Positions 1 to 9,693 of a stretch of DNA of 64,000 nucleotides are shown here, in pieces. Positions within the stretch are counted from its first letter, which is position 1. Each line of letters starts with the position of its first letter. Position numbers and translations under genes: made by a program. The DNA is from an uncultured Candidatus Saccharibacteria bacterium (GTDB lineage Bacteria > Patescibacteriota > Saccharimonadia > CAILAD01 > JADZBC01): positions 45,319 to 109,318 of the forward strand of contig CAZRJR010000001.1 in NCBI GenBank assembly GCA_964600985.1, read 5' to 3'. The notes beneath the pieces are model-generated. The model ran no database searches and was not told the DNA's origin. It saw nothing but the letters and a program-made list of their open reading frames with translations.

Positions 1-567
1 AGTACGCCTATCATAAATGGTGGCGATGGCCGCGGTCAGCACCCCACTCAGGCTATGCTGGACCTCTATACGATTCGTCGCGAATTGGGCGTGCTCGAAG
101 ACCTCCATGTAGTGATTGGCGGTGACTTAGCAAACGGCCGCACTGGCCGTTCGCTGGTCTATTTACTCTCTAAGTATTCTGGGGTGCGCTTCAGCTTTGT
201 AGCACCCGAGAGTTTAGAAATGAGCCAAGATATAAAGGATCACTTGGCCGAGCACAGCATTCCGTTCCGGGAAACGCAAGAACTCGATGAAGTGTTGGCT
301 GACGCCGACGTAGTGTACTGGACGCGCGTACAAAAGGAGCGCCTGGCTGAAGGGGTGGATTACGTTGCTGTTTCGAGCCACTACGAACTTGGCCGAGAAC
401 ACTTAGGGCAGATGAAGCAAAAGTCGATAATCATGCATTCCTTGCCCAGAGTAAACGAGATTAAGACAGAAGTAGACAGCGACCCACGAGCAGCTTATTT
501 TCGCCAAGCGGGCTATGGCTTGCCGGTACGCATGGCAATATTTGAGTGGTCGATTGGACTAAAGTAG
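1..567 (+). CDS. pyrB: Aspartate carbamoyltransferase catalytic subunit, 5'-truncated by window edge
   Basis: Frame is open from base 1 (STPIINGGDGRGQHPTQAMLDLYT). Motifs GDLxNGRT, YWTRVQKER, MHSLPR, DSDPRAAYFRQAGYGLPVRMA. Confidence 0.93.
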   Translation, partial: STPIINGGDGRGQHPTQAMLDLYTIRRELGVLEDLHVVIGGDLANGRTGRSLVYLLSKYSGVRFSFVAPESLEMSQDIKDHLAEHSIPFRETQELDEVLADADVVYWTRVQKERLAEGVDYVAVSSHYELGREHLGQMKQKSIIMHSLPRVNEIKTEVDSDPRAAYFRQAGYGLPVRMAIFEWSIGLK

Positions 568-571
568 CGCA

Positions 572-1351
572 CTAGTTCCGTCCGAGGCGCTTGTCTTCGA
601 TCCGATTGTGAAATCCTTGGCTCGATAATTGTACTAGATTCACTACCTTGTCAGATAAGAATATCTCCACCCCGCTCGCAAGTGGCTTGCTGTAGCCGTC
701 AAAAATAATTTGCAGTGGCCGCTCTGCCAGCGTGGCATTGTCACACATGACCGCAACTACACGATCGCCTGCGAGCACGTGTGGTCGTTGCAGGCTCGAG
801 TACTGAACCGATACATGTGGGTTGTTCGGCGTGACTACATAGGCGTTCTGAATGGTATTGTCTATGATCGGCCCACCGCTTGCGAGCGAGTAGGCAGTAG
901 AGCCCAGCGGTGTTGCAAAGATAATGCCATCACCCACGAAGCTACCGGGTGAGTCTCCGATTTGTAAACTAAACTTGGCCGCGCGGGCACCAAGGCGTTC
1001 GATCGAAATATCATTAAACGCATAGCCAATTATGCCCATGGTATCGCGGGCGGCAAGTAGGGGCGCGGTAATAGTAGAGTAGGAGTCCTCTTGGAGTGCC
1101 CTAATGAGCTTCTCGGTATCGCTAGGTTCAACTGCCTGCAGAAATCCAAGTGTGCCTGCCGATACCCCTACAAATGTTTCAACTGAATCTATGTGGTCGC
1201 GAATCGCCTTGAGCAGTGTACCATCGCCGCCAATGGCAAAAACAATGGGTTTACTTGGTGTATAGTCCAGGCGAGCAATCGCGTCGCGGAGCTGTTGCTC
1301 GACCTTTTGGGACTTGTCGGTTGGCTTGGTAATAAAGATCGGCTCGGCCAT
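572..1351 (-). CDS. nadK: NAD(+) kinase
   Basis: GGDGTLL, GTLGFL, ND, GDGIIFATPLGSTAYSLASGGP motifs. Confidence 0.9.
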   Translation of the reverse strand: MAEPIFITKPTDKSQKVEQQLRDAIARLDYTPSKPIVFAIGGDGTLLKAIRDHIDSVETFVGVSAGTLGFLQAVEPSDTEKLIRALQEDSYSTITAPLLAARDTMGIIGYAFNDISIERLGARAAKFSLQIGDSPGSFVGDGIIFATPLGSTAYSLASGGPIIDNTIQNAYVVTPNNPHVSVQYSSLQRPHVLAGDRVVAVMCDNATLAERPLQIIFDGYSKPLASGVEIFLSDKVVNLVQLSSQGFHNRIEDKRLGRN

Positions 1352-1359
1352 AGTGCGGG

Positions 1360-1644
1360 CTACACCTTAAACATAATTATTATAGTAAAGGTCATTACTA
1401 GGCCACCTAGCAGTTTGCGAAAACTGCTATCGCCGTTGGTGATCTCTAGGTAGGCCCAGGTAAACAAAAAAGCCATACTCAAAACGCCGAAGCCGTGTTG
1501 TAATGTATTATTGATTGGTAGCATACTCATGAGCTTAGAGCTAATCCAGCCGATTATCGGTAGGTTGGGGGCTTGGGCTATCACAATATTACCGTCACTA
1601 TTACTGCAAAAGTCTTTGATTCTGTGGTTAAATCTTTTTGCCAT
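1360..1644 (-). CDS. Small membrane protein
   Basis: Hydrophobic segments; -10 box TATACT 7 nt before the ATG. Confidence 0.65.
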   Translation of the reverse strand: MAKRFNHRIKDFCSNSDGNIVIAQAPNLPIIGWISSKLMSMLPINNTLQHGFGVLSMAFLFTWAYLEITNGDSSFRKLLGGLVMTFTIIIMFKV

Positions 1645-1733
1645 AGATTTAAGTATAGCAGCTTGAGTCGGGCCACACCGGCTAGATACTGTACCTACGC
1701 TAACAAATAGACATAGTGTCGGTGTAGCACAAC

Positions 1734-2093
1734 CTACCTGGCATCCTGGGCAATTTTACGAATTGCTTTGGCGCGAGACCTTATAACGTTCTTTATAAGC
1801 TCGTCCGACAAGGGATGTTCGAGAGTGAATTGAATAGTTCCTTTTGACGTGGTGAATCCGCTAAGCTGTGGATCCAGTTCGGCAATAGCCTCGGCACCAG
1901 GGAATATACTTAAGTGTTCTTTGAACGCTGCGTAAGCGATCAGGTACTTACCTGCTAGTTTGAATCCCGGCATACCATAGGTAATGCATTCTGTAGCCTC
2001 GGGTTCTGTTTGCTGGATTAGCTTGCGTACGCGTTGCAGTTCGGCGCGCTGTGGAGCTTTTAGCTTGTTGAGGTAATCTTCAACTTCTTTCAT
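1734..2093 (-). CDS. DUF1801/YdhG-like protein
   Basis: ITYGMPGF, YAAFKEHLSIFP, SKGTIQF motifs; TACACT 6 nt before the ATG. Confidence 0.85.
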   Translation of the reverse strand: MKEVEDYLNKLKAPQRAELQRVRKLIQQTEPEATECITYGMPGFKLAGKYLIAYAAFKEHLSIFPGAEAIAELDPQLSGFTTSKGTIQFTLEHPLSDELIKNVIRSRAKAIRKIAQDAR

Positions 2094-2229
2094 ATTTATA
2101 GTGTAGCAGAAGTTTCTTTACAATTCCTCAGCTAGTTCCTACCCGGCTTGTCAGACATAGTAATTACGCTTATCATGGCTGTAGTACGAAAAGCGTAAGG
2201 CTTTTGTTTAGAGAGGAGTGTCGGGAAAT

Positions 2230-4128
2230 ATGGCCAGACTACCTGTTCCTGGTAGCGATAAGGGTACCTGGGGTGAAGTACTTAATGAATTCTTATCCGT
2301 AGAACACAATGCCGACGGTACGCTGAAGCCGGGCGGTACGCTTGGTGCGTATGCTCCTAAAGCGAACCCTACTTTTACAGGTGTAGTAACGGTCCCCACT
2401 CCCACGAATGCCACTGATGCAGTTACTAAGGCGTATGCCGATAATCTGGTAGTAGGTGGCGCACCTGATGCTACAAGTAGTGCAAAAGGTCTCATTCAGC
2501 TTACTGGCGATCTCGGTGGTAGCGCGGCTAACCCTAGCGTGCCTGGCTTGGCGAGTAAAGTGCCTACCTCGCGCACAGTTAATGGCCACGCTCTCTCGGC
2601 AGACATTACGCTTAGTAAAGCAGATCTTGGCCTTGGTAGTGTAGACAACACGTCCGATGCCGGCAAGCCGGTCTCAGCCGCCACTGCCGCGGCATTGGAA
2701 GGCAAAGCAGACAAAAGTGCAGTGCCGGTAAACGTTAAGGATTATGGTGCTGTTGGGGATGGAGCTTCGAATGACACAAGTGCTTTTACAGCAGCTATAA
2801 CAGCGGCTGGCTCGACTCGTTCGATATTTGTCCCAGCCGGTACCTACAAGGTTGATCCAGACTCCATTGCTCTTAGTACGAATGCTGTGATTAAAGGTGA
2901 ATACTATGCTCGCACAATTATTATTTCATCTTCGGGTACCAAGGTGGGATCTGGTATTTCTATTCAAGGCCAAGGCGTCGAAGTGTCCAACCTTTATATT
3001 CGGGGCTACTATTCAGGCATTGAGAATTCTTACTCAAACACAAAGATCTATGACAATAAGTTGTCGTACAACGTCATAGGTATTGATTATGCCGCTAACT
3101 CTTACATAACTAAAGCTCGCGGAAACGAAATTACCTTTAATGATTTAGGCATCATAATCCGTACAAACGCACAGCCTTACCAGCTGCTTGTGACTGAGAA
3201 CACCATAGATAATAATAATGGCGTTGGGATTGCCGTATATGCGACTTCGGGTGGGTTAGTGATCGAGAATAACACCATAGAAGGAAACAGGAACTACTCG
3301 ACTAATGTAGGCTGCGGCATACTGATTAAAAGCTCTAATCTTTCGCGAATAAAGATTGATGGTAATTGGTTTGAGACCAATGGCAATCACGCCACTACTG
3401 CGGTAGATATTCTTATGCTAGCGCCCAACACCGAGCCTAGTACAGGAGCTGCATTACGCTCGGCCATTGTAGGTGTTTTACCTACAGGAGAGCAAGCAAA
3501 TTTTACAAGCGGCGGGTGTGCGTATGGTGCCGTGTCGATTACCAATAATGCCTTCATATTTACCAAGTACAATGTGGTGGTGGCTGGATATAAAACTTTG
3601 GTAGGTATTGCAGACAATAGCTTTAAGGGTGTACTAAATCTAAACAATAAGCATATTTTCCTGAATGTTCCCTCGGGCACTACCGGTATGGGTGGCGGCC
3701 GTGTTGTGATCAATGGCAATGGATACAAGAATTCTGACAATGCTGCGATTGACGCTCAGGTGTCCACTGGGATTGGCGACTCTATTGTATATGCCGACAG
3801 CGTGCTCAGCGGAGCAGGGGACATCTACATATATAACGACAACCCTGTAAATCAGATTATCCAAAAGTCCTCCACGTATACCATTACAGCTACAGACTCT
3901 ATCATTAGTGCTGACGCTACAAGTTCGCCATTTACCATTACACTCCCTAGTGCAGTTAATAATACTGGCAGGACCTATGTAGTGAAGCGTGTAAATGCTG
4001 GCGGGAATGATGTCACTCTCAGTGCTGCAGCCGCAGAGACGATAGACGGTGCTGCATCGGCAATGCTAACTGCTCAGTGGCAAACGGTAAAAGTTATATC
4101 AGATGGATCGAACTGGCTTACCGTGTAG
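2230..4128 (+). CDS. Surface fibre/tailspike-like protein with pectin-lyase-like beta-helix
   Basis: N-terminal MARLPVPGSDKGTWGEVLNEFL. VNVKDYGAVGDG..DTSAF..AI..FVPAGTY start of pectate_lyase_3, then Asn-rich beta-helix repeats and C-terminal TITLPSA...SDGSNW. Confidence 0.75.
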   Translation: MARLPVPGSDKGTWGEVLNEFLSVEHNADGTLKPGGTLGAYAPKANPTFTGVVTVPTPTNATDAVTKAYADNLVVGGAPDATSSAKGLIQLTGDLGGSAANPSVPGLASKVPTSRTVNGHALSADITLSKADLGLGSVDNTSDAGKPVSAATAAALEGKADKSAVPVNVKDYGAVGDGASNDTSAFTAAITAAGSTRSIFVPAGTYKVDPDSIALSTNAVIKGEYYARTIIISSSGTKVGSGISIQGQGVEVSNLYIRGYYSGIENSYSNTKIYDNKLSYNVIGIDYAANSYITKARGNEITFNDLGIIIRTNAQPYQLLVTENTIDNNNGVGIAVYATSGGLVIENNTIEGNRNYSTNVGCGILIKSSNLSRIKIDGNWFETNGNHATTAVDILMLAPNTEPSTGAALRSAIVGVLPTGEQANFTSGGCAYGAVSITNNAFIFTKYNVVVAGYKTLVGIADNSFKGVLNLNNKHIFLNVPSGTTGMGGGRVVINGNGYKNSDNAAIDAQVSTGIGDSIVYADSVLSGAGDIYIYNDNPVNQIIQKSSTYTITATDSIISADATSSPFTITLPSAVNNTGRTYVVKRVNAGGNDVTLSAAAAETIDGAASAMLTAQWQTVKVISDGSNWLTV

Positions 4129-4191
4129 CGGCATGCAGATTAGTTATGTGTGCAGCCGGAGAATATGGAGATCACTCCCTTGTCCACGTAT

Positions 4192-4602
4192 CTATAGCTC
4201 GGGAAGCAGTGCATACATTGCGCTTCCCGGGAGCCGCTTTCTGAAGCCAGACTTGGCCCGAGATATGTCATTACTCTGTGGCAGGTTGATCCATGGATCC
4301 ATCCAGTGGTTGCCGTGCCTTACAAGGTAGTGCCCTGCAGGATACTTTTTTGACCTGCGAATTAATACTATCGTTCCTTCTTTATAAATATGCCCCCGTA
4401 GCTTTTTGTTTATGTATCTTGATTGGTAGCGCAGCCCATTGTTGTTTAGTGCTCTGGCAAGGTCTTTCACCCAAAACCTGTTACTCTTGGCTTGCTTTGG
4501 GCCGAGTAAATCTTCGGCTCGCTTGTAGCTAGTGTTAAGAAGGAAGGCAAAACAGGCTATTCCGCAGCCGTATTCAAACTCTTGAGTTATGCTTTTTCTC
4601 AT
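4192..4602 (-). CDS. C39-like cysteine peptidase
   Basis: Q..YGCGIAC, GHYLV and MDP give a Cys-His-Asp arrangement. Confidence 0.65.
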   Translation of the reverse strand: MRKSITQEFEYGCGIACFAFLLNTSYKRAEDLLGPKQAKSNRFWVKDLARALNNNGLRYQSRYINKKLRGHIYKEGTIVLIRRSKKYPAGHYLVRHGNHWMDPWINLPQSNDISRAKSGFRKRLPGSAMYALLPEL

Positions 4603-4794
4603 ACCAAGAGTGTAGATTTTCTAATTATATATGCAATCTAATAAATACGTTAGTTGATTTTAGAAGGCTTTCACCGAAAGAACTTTTGTGTGCAGTGTTG
4701 GGTGCAGTGGCGTCCGCCTAAAACTTTAAAAGACACTGAGCTTTACAAGCCCAAATGCTTATGTTACCGTTAAGAAATAAGCTGGGATATCAAG

Positions 4795-5301
4795 ATGGCT
4801 CAAGTCAAACCAAGACAACTCTCCGGAAAAAAATCCACGAAAAATAGCAAATTAATCAAACCAAATAAAATGAGCAAGAAGGGCTTAGTGCCTGTCATCG
4901 CGGTTGTTGTGCTTGTTGGTGGATTTGTGGTGTTAAAAACTTTTGCTTCAGGAACACCGAATCGAACATCCAGGTCAGTTAAGTTCAGTAAATCTTACAC
5001 AAGTGGAAAGTTCAAAAGTACTGACGGCAAAGTATGCGTCACAGCTCGCTTTAATAGCAAGTTCTTTCCAGGTATAAAGGATAAGTATTACTGGGCGGTT
5101 CAAGTTTGGGATAGGCAGGGGTTCTATGCTACCGTAGCAACTTCGAAAAAGTATCAGGCTAACGGTAATCGCGATCATGAATGTTATGATGGGCGTATCT
5201 ACAAGGGGAATACGTACCGAGTACAATTCTTAGACGGTGATCCAACATACAACTATACTATAAAGGGGAGTTACTACGCGTCTGGCTTCTATCGTAAGTA
5301 G
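4795..5301 (+). CDS. Membrane-anchored/secreted hypothetical protein
   Basis: Lys-rich N-terminus, one TM (LVPVIAVVVLVGGFVVL), beta-rich ectodomain with 2 Cys. Confidence 0.65.
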   Translation: MAQVKPRQLSGKKSTKNSKLIKPNKMSKKGLVPVIAVVVLVGGFVVLKTFASGTPNRTSRSVKFSKSYTSGKFKSTDGKVCVTARFNSKFFPGIKDKYYWAVQVWDRQGFYATVATSKKYQANGNRDHECYDGRIYKGNTYRVQFLDGDPTYNYTIKGSYYASGFYRK

Positions 5302-5343
5302 TTACTAGCATCTCTAAAGCTAGAAATATGCAGACTGTCAGCG

Positions 5344-6240
5344 CTAAAATTCTCCCGCAAAGCTAATTTCGGGTTCAAGGTGGTAACCTGTCTTAGCCAA
5401 TACTTCCTGTTGGATAGAGGCAATAGCATCCCGTATATCTTTAGCAGAGGCTTGCCCTAGATTGAGAATATAATTAGCATGTAATTCTGATATCATCGCG
5501 CCACCAAAGCACCTGCCCTTTAGGTTTGCCCTCTCGATGAGTCGGCCTGCACCAACTCCTTCAATCTTTTTAAAGACCGAACCGCATGACGGATAGTCTT
5601 CGAGCTGTGGCTGCTTAGACTTACGCCACGCTAAGTTTTCTGCAATACGGTGGTTTATTGTCGATCTGTTGCTCGGCTTAAGCTGGAAGCTAGCTTCGAG
5701 CACGACAATGTTGGCATGGTGTAAGATCGAATCATCATAACCGAACTTAAAGAAGGTTTTGTCGACCACCTTTGTATTATTGTCACTATCAAGAATAACG
5801 CTTGAGACAAATAATTCGCTAATAAAAGCTGTGCTCTTTCGGTCAGGTGACAAAAAGTGCAAGTTTTGTCGGAGTGCCCCACCTACACTGCTTGGAATGC
5901 CTACAAAGTGTTCGAGACCAGAAAGTGACTTGGCCTGAGAAGCTGTTATGAGCTTACTAATAGGGGTACCACTTTCACTTACAAGCTTGTGGCGTTCGAA
6001 GTGAAAAGCACGAGCTTGGTTAAGGATCACAATACCGCGAAAGCCCTTATCGCCAATTAGTATGTTGGCGCCTGTGCCCAGGATAAAGTAGGGAATTTTG
6101 CAACGTCTTGCATATAGGACGGCATCCTTGAGCTCATCTTGTGAGTGCACAGTTACAAACAGATCGGCCGGCCCACCAATTCTGTAGGTTGTATACGGTG
6201 CTAAAGAAATGTGCTTTTCTATCCTTCTAGGGTCTAGCAT
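5344..6240 (-). CDS. murB: UDP-N-acetylenolpyruvoylglucosamine reductase
   Basis: TTYRIGGPA, LGTGANIL, GIPSSVGGA, PSCGSVFK, HANYILN, LEPEI. Start moved to ATG 6240 (TATGAT 6 nt upstream). Confidence 0.93.
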   Translation of the reverse strand: MLDPRRIEKHISLAPYTTYRIGGPADLFVTVHSQDELKDAVLYARRCKIPYFILGTGANILIGDKGFRGIVILNQARAFHFERHKLVSESGTPISKLITASQAKSLSGLEHFVGIPSSVGGALRQNLHFLSPDRKSTAFISELFVSSVILDSDNNTKVVDKTFFKFGYDDSILHHANIVVLEASFQLKPSNRSTINHRIAENLAWRKSKQPQLEDYPSCGSVFKKIEGVGAGRLIERANLKGRCFGGAMISELHANYILNLGQASAKDIRDAIASIQQEVLAKTGYHLEPEISFAGEF

Positions 6241-6359
6241 CCCATAATCATAGCAGCCAACGTGACTTCGGCAAAGGAGCTCTGATCTTGTATGTTGCAG
6301 CACGGAGCACCGTGCTATCTGATCACGCGGGCCTTCTTTTTGAATTTACACTGTAACTT

Positions 6360-6389
6360 AGACTCCCGTAAAGGAGTCTAGTCTTGGAG
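6360..6389. repeat. Degenerate third copy of the tRNA-Lys 3'-end/terminator repeat
   Basis: agactcccgtaaaggagtctagtcttggag resembles the copies at 7181 and 7998. Confidence 0.55.
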
Positions 6390-6462
6390 AGTGCCTGAAA
6401 GCCATCTGGAGGCAATGGTAGAGTTAATCGCAAATGAGTTATACAAAACGGAGTAACGAAAG

Positions 6463-6504
6463 ACCGCCCGGTGAAGGACGATCTTGTCGTCCGCACCGAG
6501 CGGT
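6463..6504 (-). terminator. Hairpin downstream of cassette A
   Basis: accgc.cggtg..ggacga/tcgtcc..caccg.gcggt, followed on the minus strand by ctttcgtt. Confidence 0.6.
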
Positions 6505-6535
6505 GGAGTAACCAGGTAACTCCTGGCGAGCATCG

Positions 6536-7048
6536 CTACCAGACGAGGTAAGCGTCCCCATGAGGATCGAACGCGAGCCCTGACCCATCGATGGGCCGGA
6601 CTTCCACCTCGTAGCTGGGACGAGTCTCCTGGCTGACGAAGGGCTGCCTGAGCCACTTCTCGATACGGAGGCCGAGGTCGTTCGAGATGGCCTGCCTGCG
6701 CATCTCGTAGCCGTCTTCGCAGTCCGGGTCATCTTTGCGGACCAGCTCTGTCGCATCTCGATCGCCTGGCTGGACGTCGATCGCCCAGTCGTCGTGGTTG
6801 AAGTCCCACGGGTGCTGCCGGTGAACGCGGATCTTGACCTCGCCAGGGGTGATCTTGGTCTTGTCGACCTGACTCACGGCACGAGCAACCATCTTGGGCA
6901 GATCCAGAAGGAACCGCCGCGTGAGCTCGAAGCTGTAGGGGAAGCCCGACGTAGTGCATCCAGGGACTTGGCTGCGCCACTTCGCCTCATGGATCTGGTC
7001 TTCATCGGGCAGCCAGCTGGCTGCACAGAAAACATCAACTACGGGCAT
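6536..7048 (-). CDS. GC-rich orphan protein (cassette A)
   Basis: 170 aa ORF with AGGAGG at 7055-7060, 6 nt before the ATG, and its own promoter and terminator. Confidence 0.7.
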   Translation of the reverse strand: MPVVDVFCAASWLPDEDQIHEAKWRSQVPGCTTSGFPYSFELTRRFLLDLPKMVARAVSQVDKTKITPGEVKIRVHRQHPWDFNHDDWAIDVQPGDRDATELVRKDDPDCEDGYEMRRQAISNDLGLRIEKWLRQPFVSQETRPSYEVEVRPIDGSGLAFDPHGDAYLVW

Positions 7049-7112
7049 TGTAGCCCTCCTTGTTCAGGACGGGCTAGCCGTCATTGGTCATTCCTAACAC
7101 GAGAACTGGTAA

Positions 7113-7141
7113 ATAGTAGTATAAATACATGAAAAAGTCAA
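7113..7141 (-). promoter_or_regulatory. Sigma70-type promoter TTGACT-17-TACTAT
   Basis: Read directly on the minus strand; GTTCT follows 6 nt after the -10. Confidence 0.7.
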
Positions 7142-7180
7142 TGCATTTAAGCCCAAGCAAAAAGTAGTATTTAACTTATT

Positions 7181-7226
7181 AGACTCCCACAAAGGGGTCT
7201 TCAAGCATAAGGTCTATGGAGGGCCA
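7181..7226. repeat. 46-bp direct repeat of tRNA-Lys 3' end plus downstream terminator
   Basis: 44/46 identical to 7998-8043. Confidence 0.9.
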
Positions 7227-7257
7227 TCGTAGTGCCAGTAGCAACTGCTATAAGGAG

Positions 7258-7974
7258 CTAAGCAGCTGCGGCTAAAGTCACGCTACTAATGTCCCGCTCG
7301 AGAATAGCCTTACGATCAGAGCCAACATCTAAGCCGTAGGCGTTATAAAAAAATGCTTCTGCGTAATCTTCATTAGGCGCCTTACTGCCATATTTTGTTA
7401 CTGCAGTCTCGGACGATAGGGAAACGAAACCAACTCCCTCTGTACCGTATGCTCGTGCTTCTAACATATGACCCATTTCGTGCACGATAGTAATCTCTCC
7501 ATAGCTTAGGTCTGGGCTAACTTTTGAGGTCCAGTCGCCAGGATTAAGAAAGCCCATTTCGACGAGCAGGGCTTCTACATCGCCCACACTCATTGCGGCT
7601 TTTGATGCATCCATAATTATTGCGTTTTCATCTGCTAATGCCTCGCCGCCTGTATCAATTGCTCCATCAGCAAAGTAAATCTTAAGTCCAGGAAATGCTG
7701 CTTCAAGCTGACCACCGAATTGATCTTGCAGCCGATCTAGTGCCGCCTTAGCAGCAGAGGCAAGTGCTTCCATCTGCTCTATGTTGCCAAGCCCTATGAC
7801 CTCGATACCTCCCACGGAGGCCATGGCGTGCTGCTCTGACCCAAATTGTTGCAATATCGTTTCTATTCGGCTAGACTCCATCTCCTTTTCTTGAGGTATC
7901 ATCGCCTTTAACTCATCAGCCAGCTTTTGTGGCTTATCCGTAGCTTCCTCGGGGTTGTTCGAGAGGGTTTCCAT
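7258..7974 (-). CDS. Putative zinc metallopeptidase (HExxH)
   Basis: TIVHEMGHML...TKYGSKAPNEDYAEAF. Start ATG 7974 with TATGAT 6 nt upstream. Confidence 0.7.
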   Translation of the reverse strand: METLSNNPEEATDKPQKLADELKAMIPQEKEMESSRIETILQQFGSEQHAMASVGGIEVIGLGNIEQMEALASAAKAALDRLQDQFGGQLEAAFPGLKIYFADGAIDTGGEALADENAIIMDASKAAMSVGDVEALLVEMGFLNPGDWTSKVSPDLSYGEITIVHEMGHMLEARAYGTEGVGFVSLSSETAVTKYGSKAPNEDYAEAFFYNAYGLDVGSDRKAILERDISSVTLAAAA

Positions 7975-8033
7975 GGACTCATCATACCAACCAAAAAAGA
8001 CTCCCGCAAAGGGGTCTTCAATCATAAGGTCTA

Positions 8034-8110
8034 TGGAGGGCCAGGTGGGATTCGAACCCACGACATGCTGCTTAAGAGGCAGCCGCTCTAACCAACTGAG
8101 CTACTGGCCC
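8034..8110 (-). tRNA. tRNA-Lys(CUU)
   Basis: GGGCCAGTAGCTCAGTTGGTTAGAGC..GCTGC-CT-CTT-AA-GCAGC..GGTTCGAATCCC..CCCTCCA. Confidence 0.96.
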
Positions 8111-8134
8111 GCAATTGTGCGGACATATTGTGCA

Positions 8135-8211
8135 TGGTGCGCCCTGAGGGATTCGAACCCCCGGCCTTCTGATCCGAAGTCAGACGCTCTATCCAGCTGA
8201 GCTAAGGGCGC
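8135..8211 (-). tRNA. tRNA-Arg(UCG)
   Basis: GCGCCCTTAGCTCAGCTGGATAGAGCG-TCTGA-CT-TCG-GA-TCAGA..GGTTCGAATCC..GCGCACCA. Confidence 0.96.
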
Positions 8212-8313
8212 ATCTCTCATTTAGTGAGGCTCAAGAACCAGGTTATTTTAGCACAAAAATTCATCCACGGCTAGACCTGTTATATAGGAGTCACTACCAG
8301 TATAATAGTGCGA

Positions 8314-9603
8314 ATGAAGCACTCCCTACACCATGCCAAGCTGAGTGGCGGCTCCGAGCTCCTACTCATAGATGTGCCAAACTCGCCGGCTCTATACTTT
8401 TCGTCTATTGTGCGCGCTGGATTGCGCTACGGTGAGCCCAAGCGCTCCGAGCTACCTCACTTGCTGGAGCATTTGGCATTTGAGGGCAATAAGGACTACC
8501 CCGACGGCCAAGACTTTGCCTTTGAGGTAGAGAAGCTCGGTGCGTACTCCAATGCCGAAACGAGTGAAACCGCAATTCGCTACTGGTTTGAGTCGAGCAT
8601 TAGCTCGCTCGATAATGTAATTAGTTTGGCCTGCTCACAGCTCAAGGAACCAACCTTTGCGCCCAAGGCTATTCGACAAGAAAAAGAGGTAGTTACCCAA
8701 GAGCTTCTGCGCTATAAGGAAGACGATGGTGAGCGAGCCTGGTTAGCTAACATGCGCCAATTCTTTGCGGATGGCTACCCAAGCATACGGCAGAGCATAG
8801 AGTCGTTGGATGCTATTCGGCGCAAAGACTTGGTGGACTTTTACAATGCCACCCATACTACGGGCAATACTAAGTTTCTGCTCGCGGGTGCGTTTAATGG
8901 CAATGCACAGCATACGGTTCGCCAGCTCGAGCAAAACCTAGCCGACTACCGCGCTGGCAAAGAACTCGACTGGGTGGCGCGCCCTCTTACTCCCAAACTC
9001 GAGCGGAGTAGTAGTTTAACCACTAAGCTTTCTGCCCAGGCGCACTTTCGTCTTACCTTCCACTTGCCAGAGTCACACTACGAGCTCCTGCCAGCGTTGA
9101 GGATATTCAATACTATCTTTAACGTAGGTAGTTTCTCGCGCTATCATCACTTGGCCCGTCGTCGTGGGCTTTCGTACCATCCATACTCTGGTTTTGGCAC
9201 AAACCCGGACTACACGGAGTTCTTCATGGCTGATCAAACGGAGCCGAGCAAAGCCCTGCCGCTCTTTGAATTAGGCGTGCGCGAGCTTAGTAAGATTATG
9301 CAAGGCGAATTTAGCGCGCGTGAGTTTGAGCGAGCCAGGGGTTACGTAACGGGCGATTTTGAATCGAGCTTTCAAAAGCCGAGTAACTTTGCAGGCTGGT
9401 ATGGACATGACTTTAGCGCTGGCCGCAAGCTAACTGACCCAACTGAGTACAAGGCTCGCTTGGAGGCTGTGCAGCCTGCCGATCTAGAGCAGCTGGCTAT
9501 ACTGTTTACATCTGGTAGATGGGTACTAAGCCTAGTGGGGCAGACCATGCGTGAGCAAGAAGATAAGTTCCGCATGGTGCTACGGAAGTATTTAGGGCGT
9601 TAA
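8314..9603 (+). CDS. M16 (pitrilysin/insulinase) family zinc peptidase
   Basis: HLLEH inverted zinc motif, SNAETS, EKEVVTQE. TATAAT 7 nt before ATG 8314. Confidence 0.9.
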   Translation: MKHSLHHAKLSGGSELLLIDVPNSPALYFSSIVRAGLRYGEPKRSELPHLLEHLAFEGNKDYPDGQDFAFEVEKLGAYSNAETSETAIRYWFESSISSLDNVISLACSQLKEPTFAPKAIRQEKEVVTQELLRYKEDDGERAWLANMRQFFADGYPSIRQSIESLDAIRRKDLVDFYNATHTTGNTKFLLAGAFNGNAQHTVRQLEQNLADYRAGKELDWVARPLTPKLERSSSLTTKLSAQAHFRLTFHLPESHYELLPALRIFNTIFNVGSFSRYHHLARRRGLSYHPYSGFGTNPDYTEFFMADQTEPSKALPLFELGVRELSKIMQGEFSAREFERARGYVTGDFESSFQKPSNFAGWYGHDFSAGRKLTDPTEYKARLEAVQPADLEQLAILFTSGRWVLSLVGQTMREQEDKFRMVLRKYLGR

Positions 9604-9693
9604 TATCCTTAGACCCGGGCGTGTCTGAAGCGTCTAATGCGGAATTGTTGTCCACCCCTTGTCCTTTTCTTGAGAAGAAGTTAGAGTTAGGCT

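Noticed and set aside
7955-8200. 81-aa ORF and the N-terminal extension of 7258..8061
   Set aside because: They overlap tRNA-Lys and tRNA-Arg; shadow ORFs.
9604-9693. SAM or guanidine riboswitch before speD
   Set aside because: Only a ttagac/gtctaa stem is visible, with no recognisable consensus. An Rfam scan is needed.
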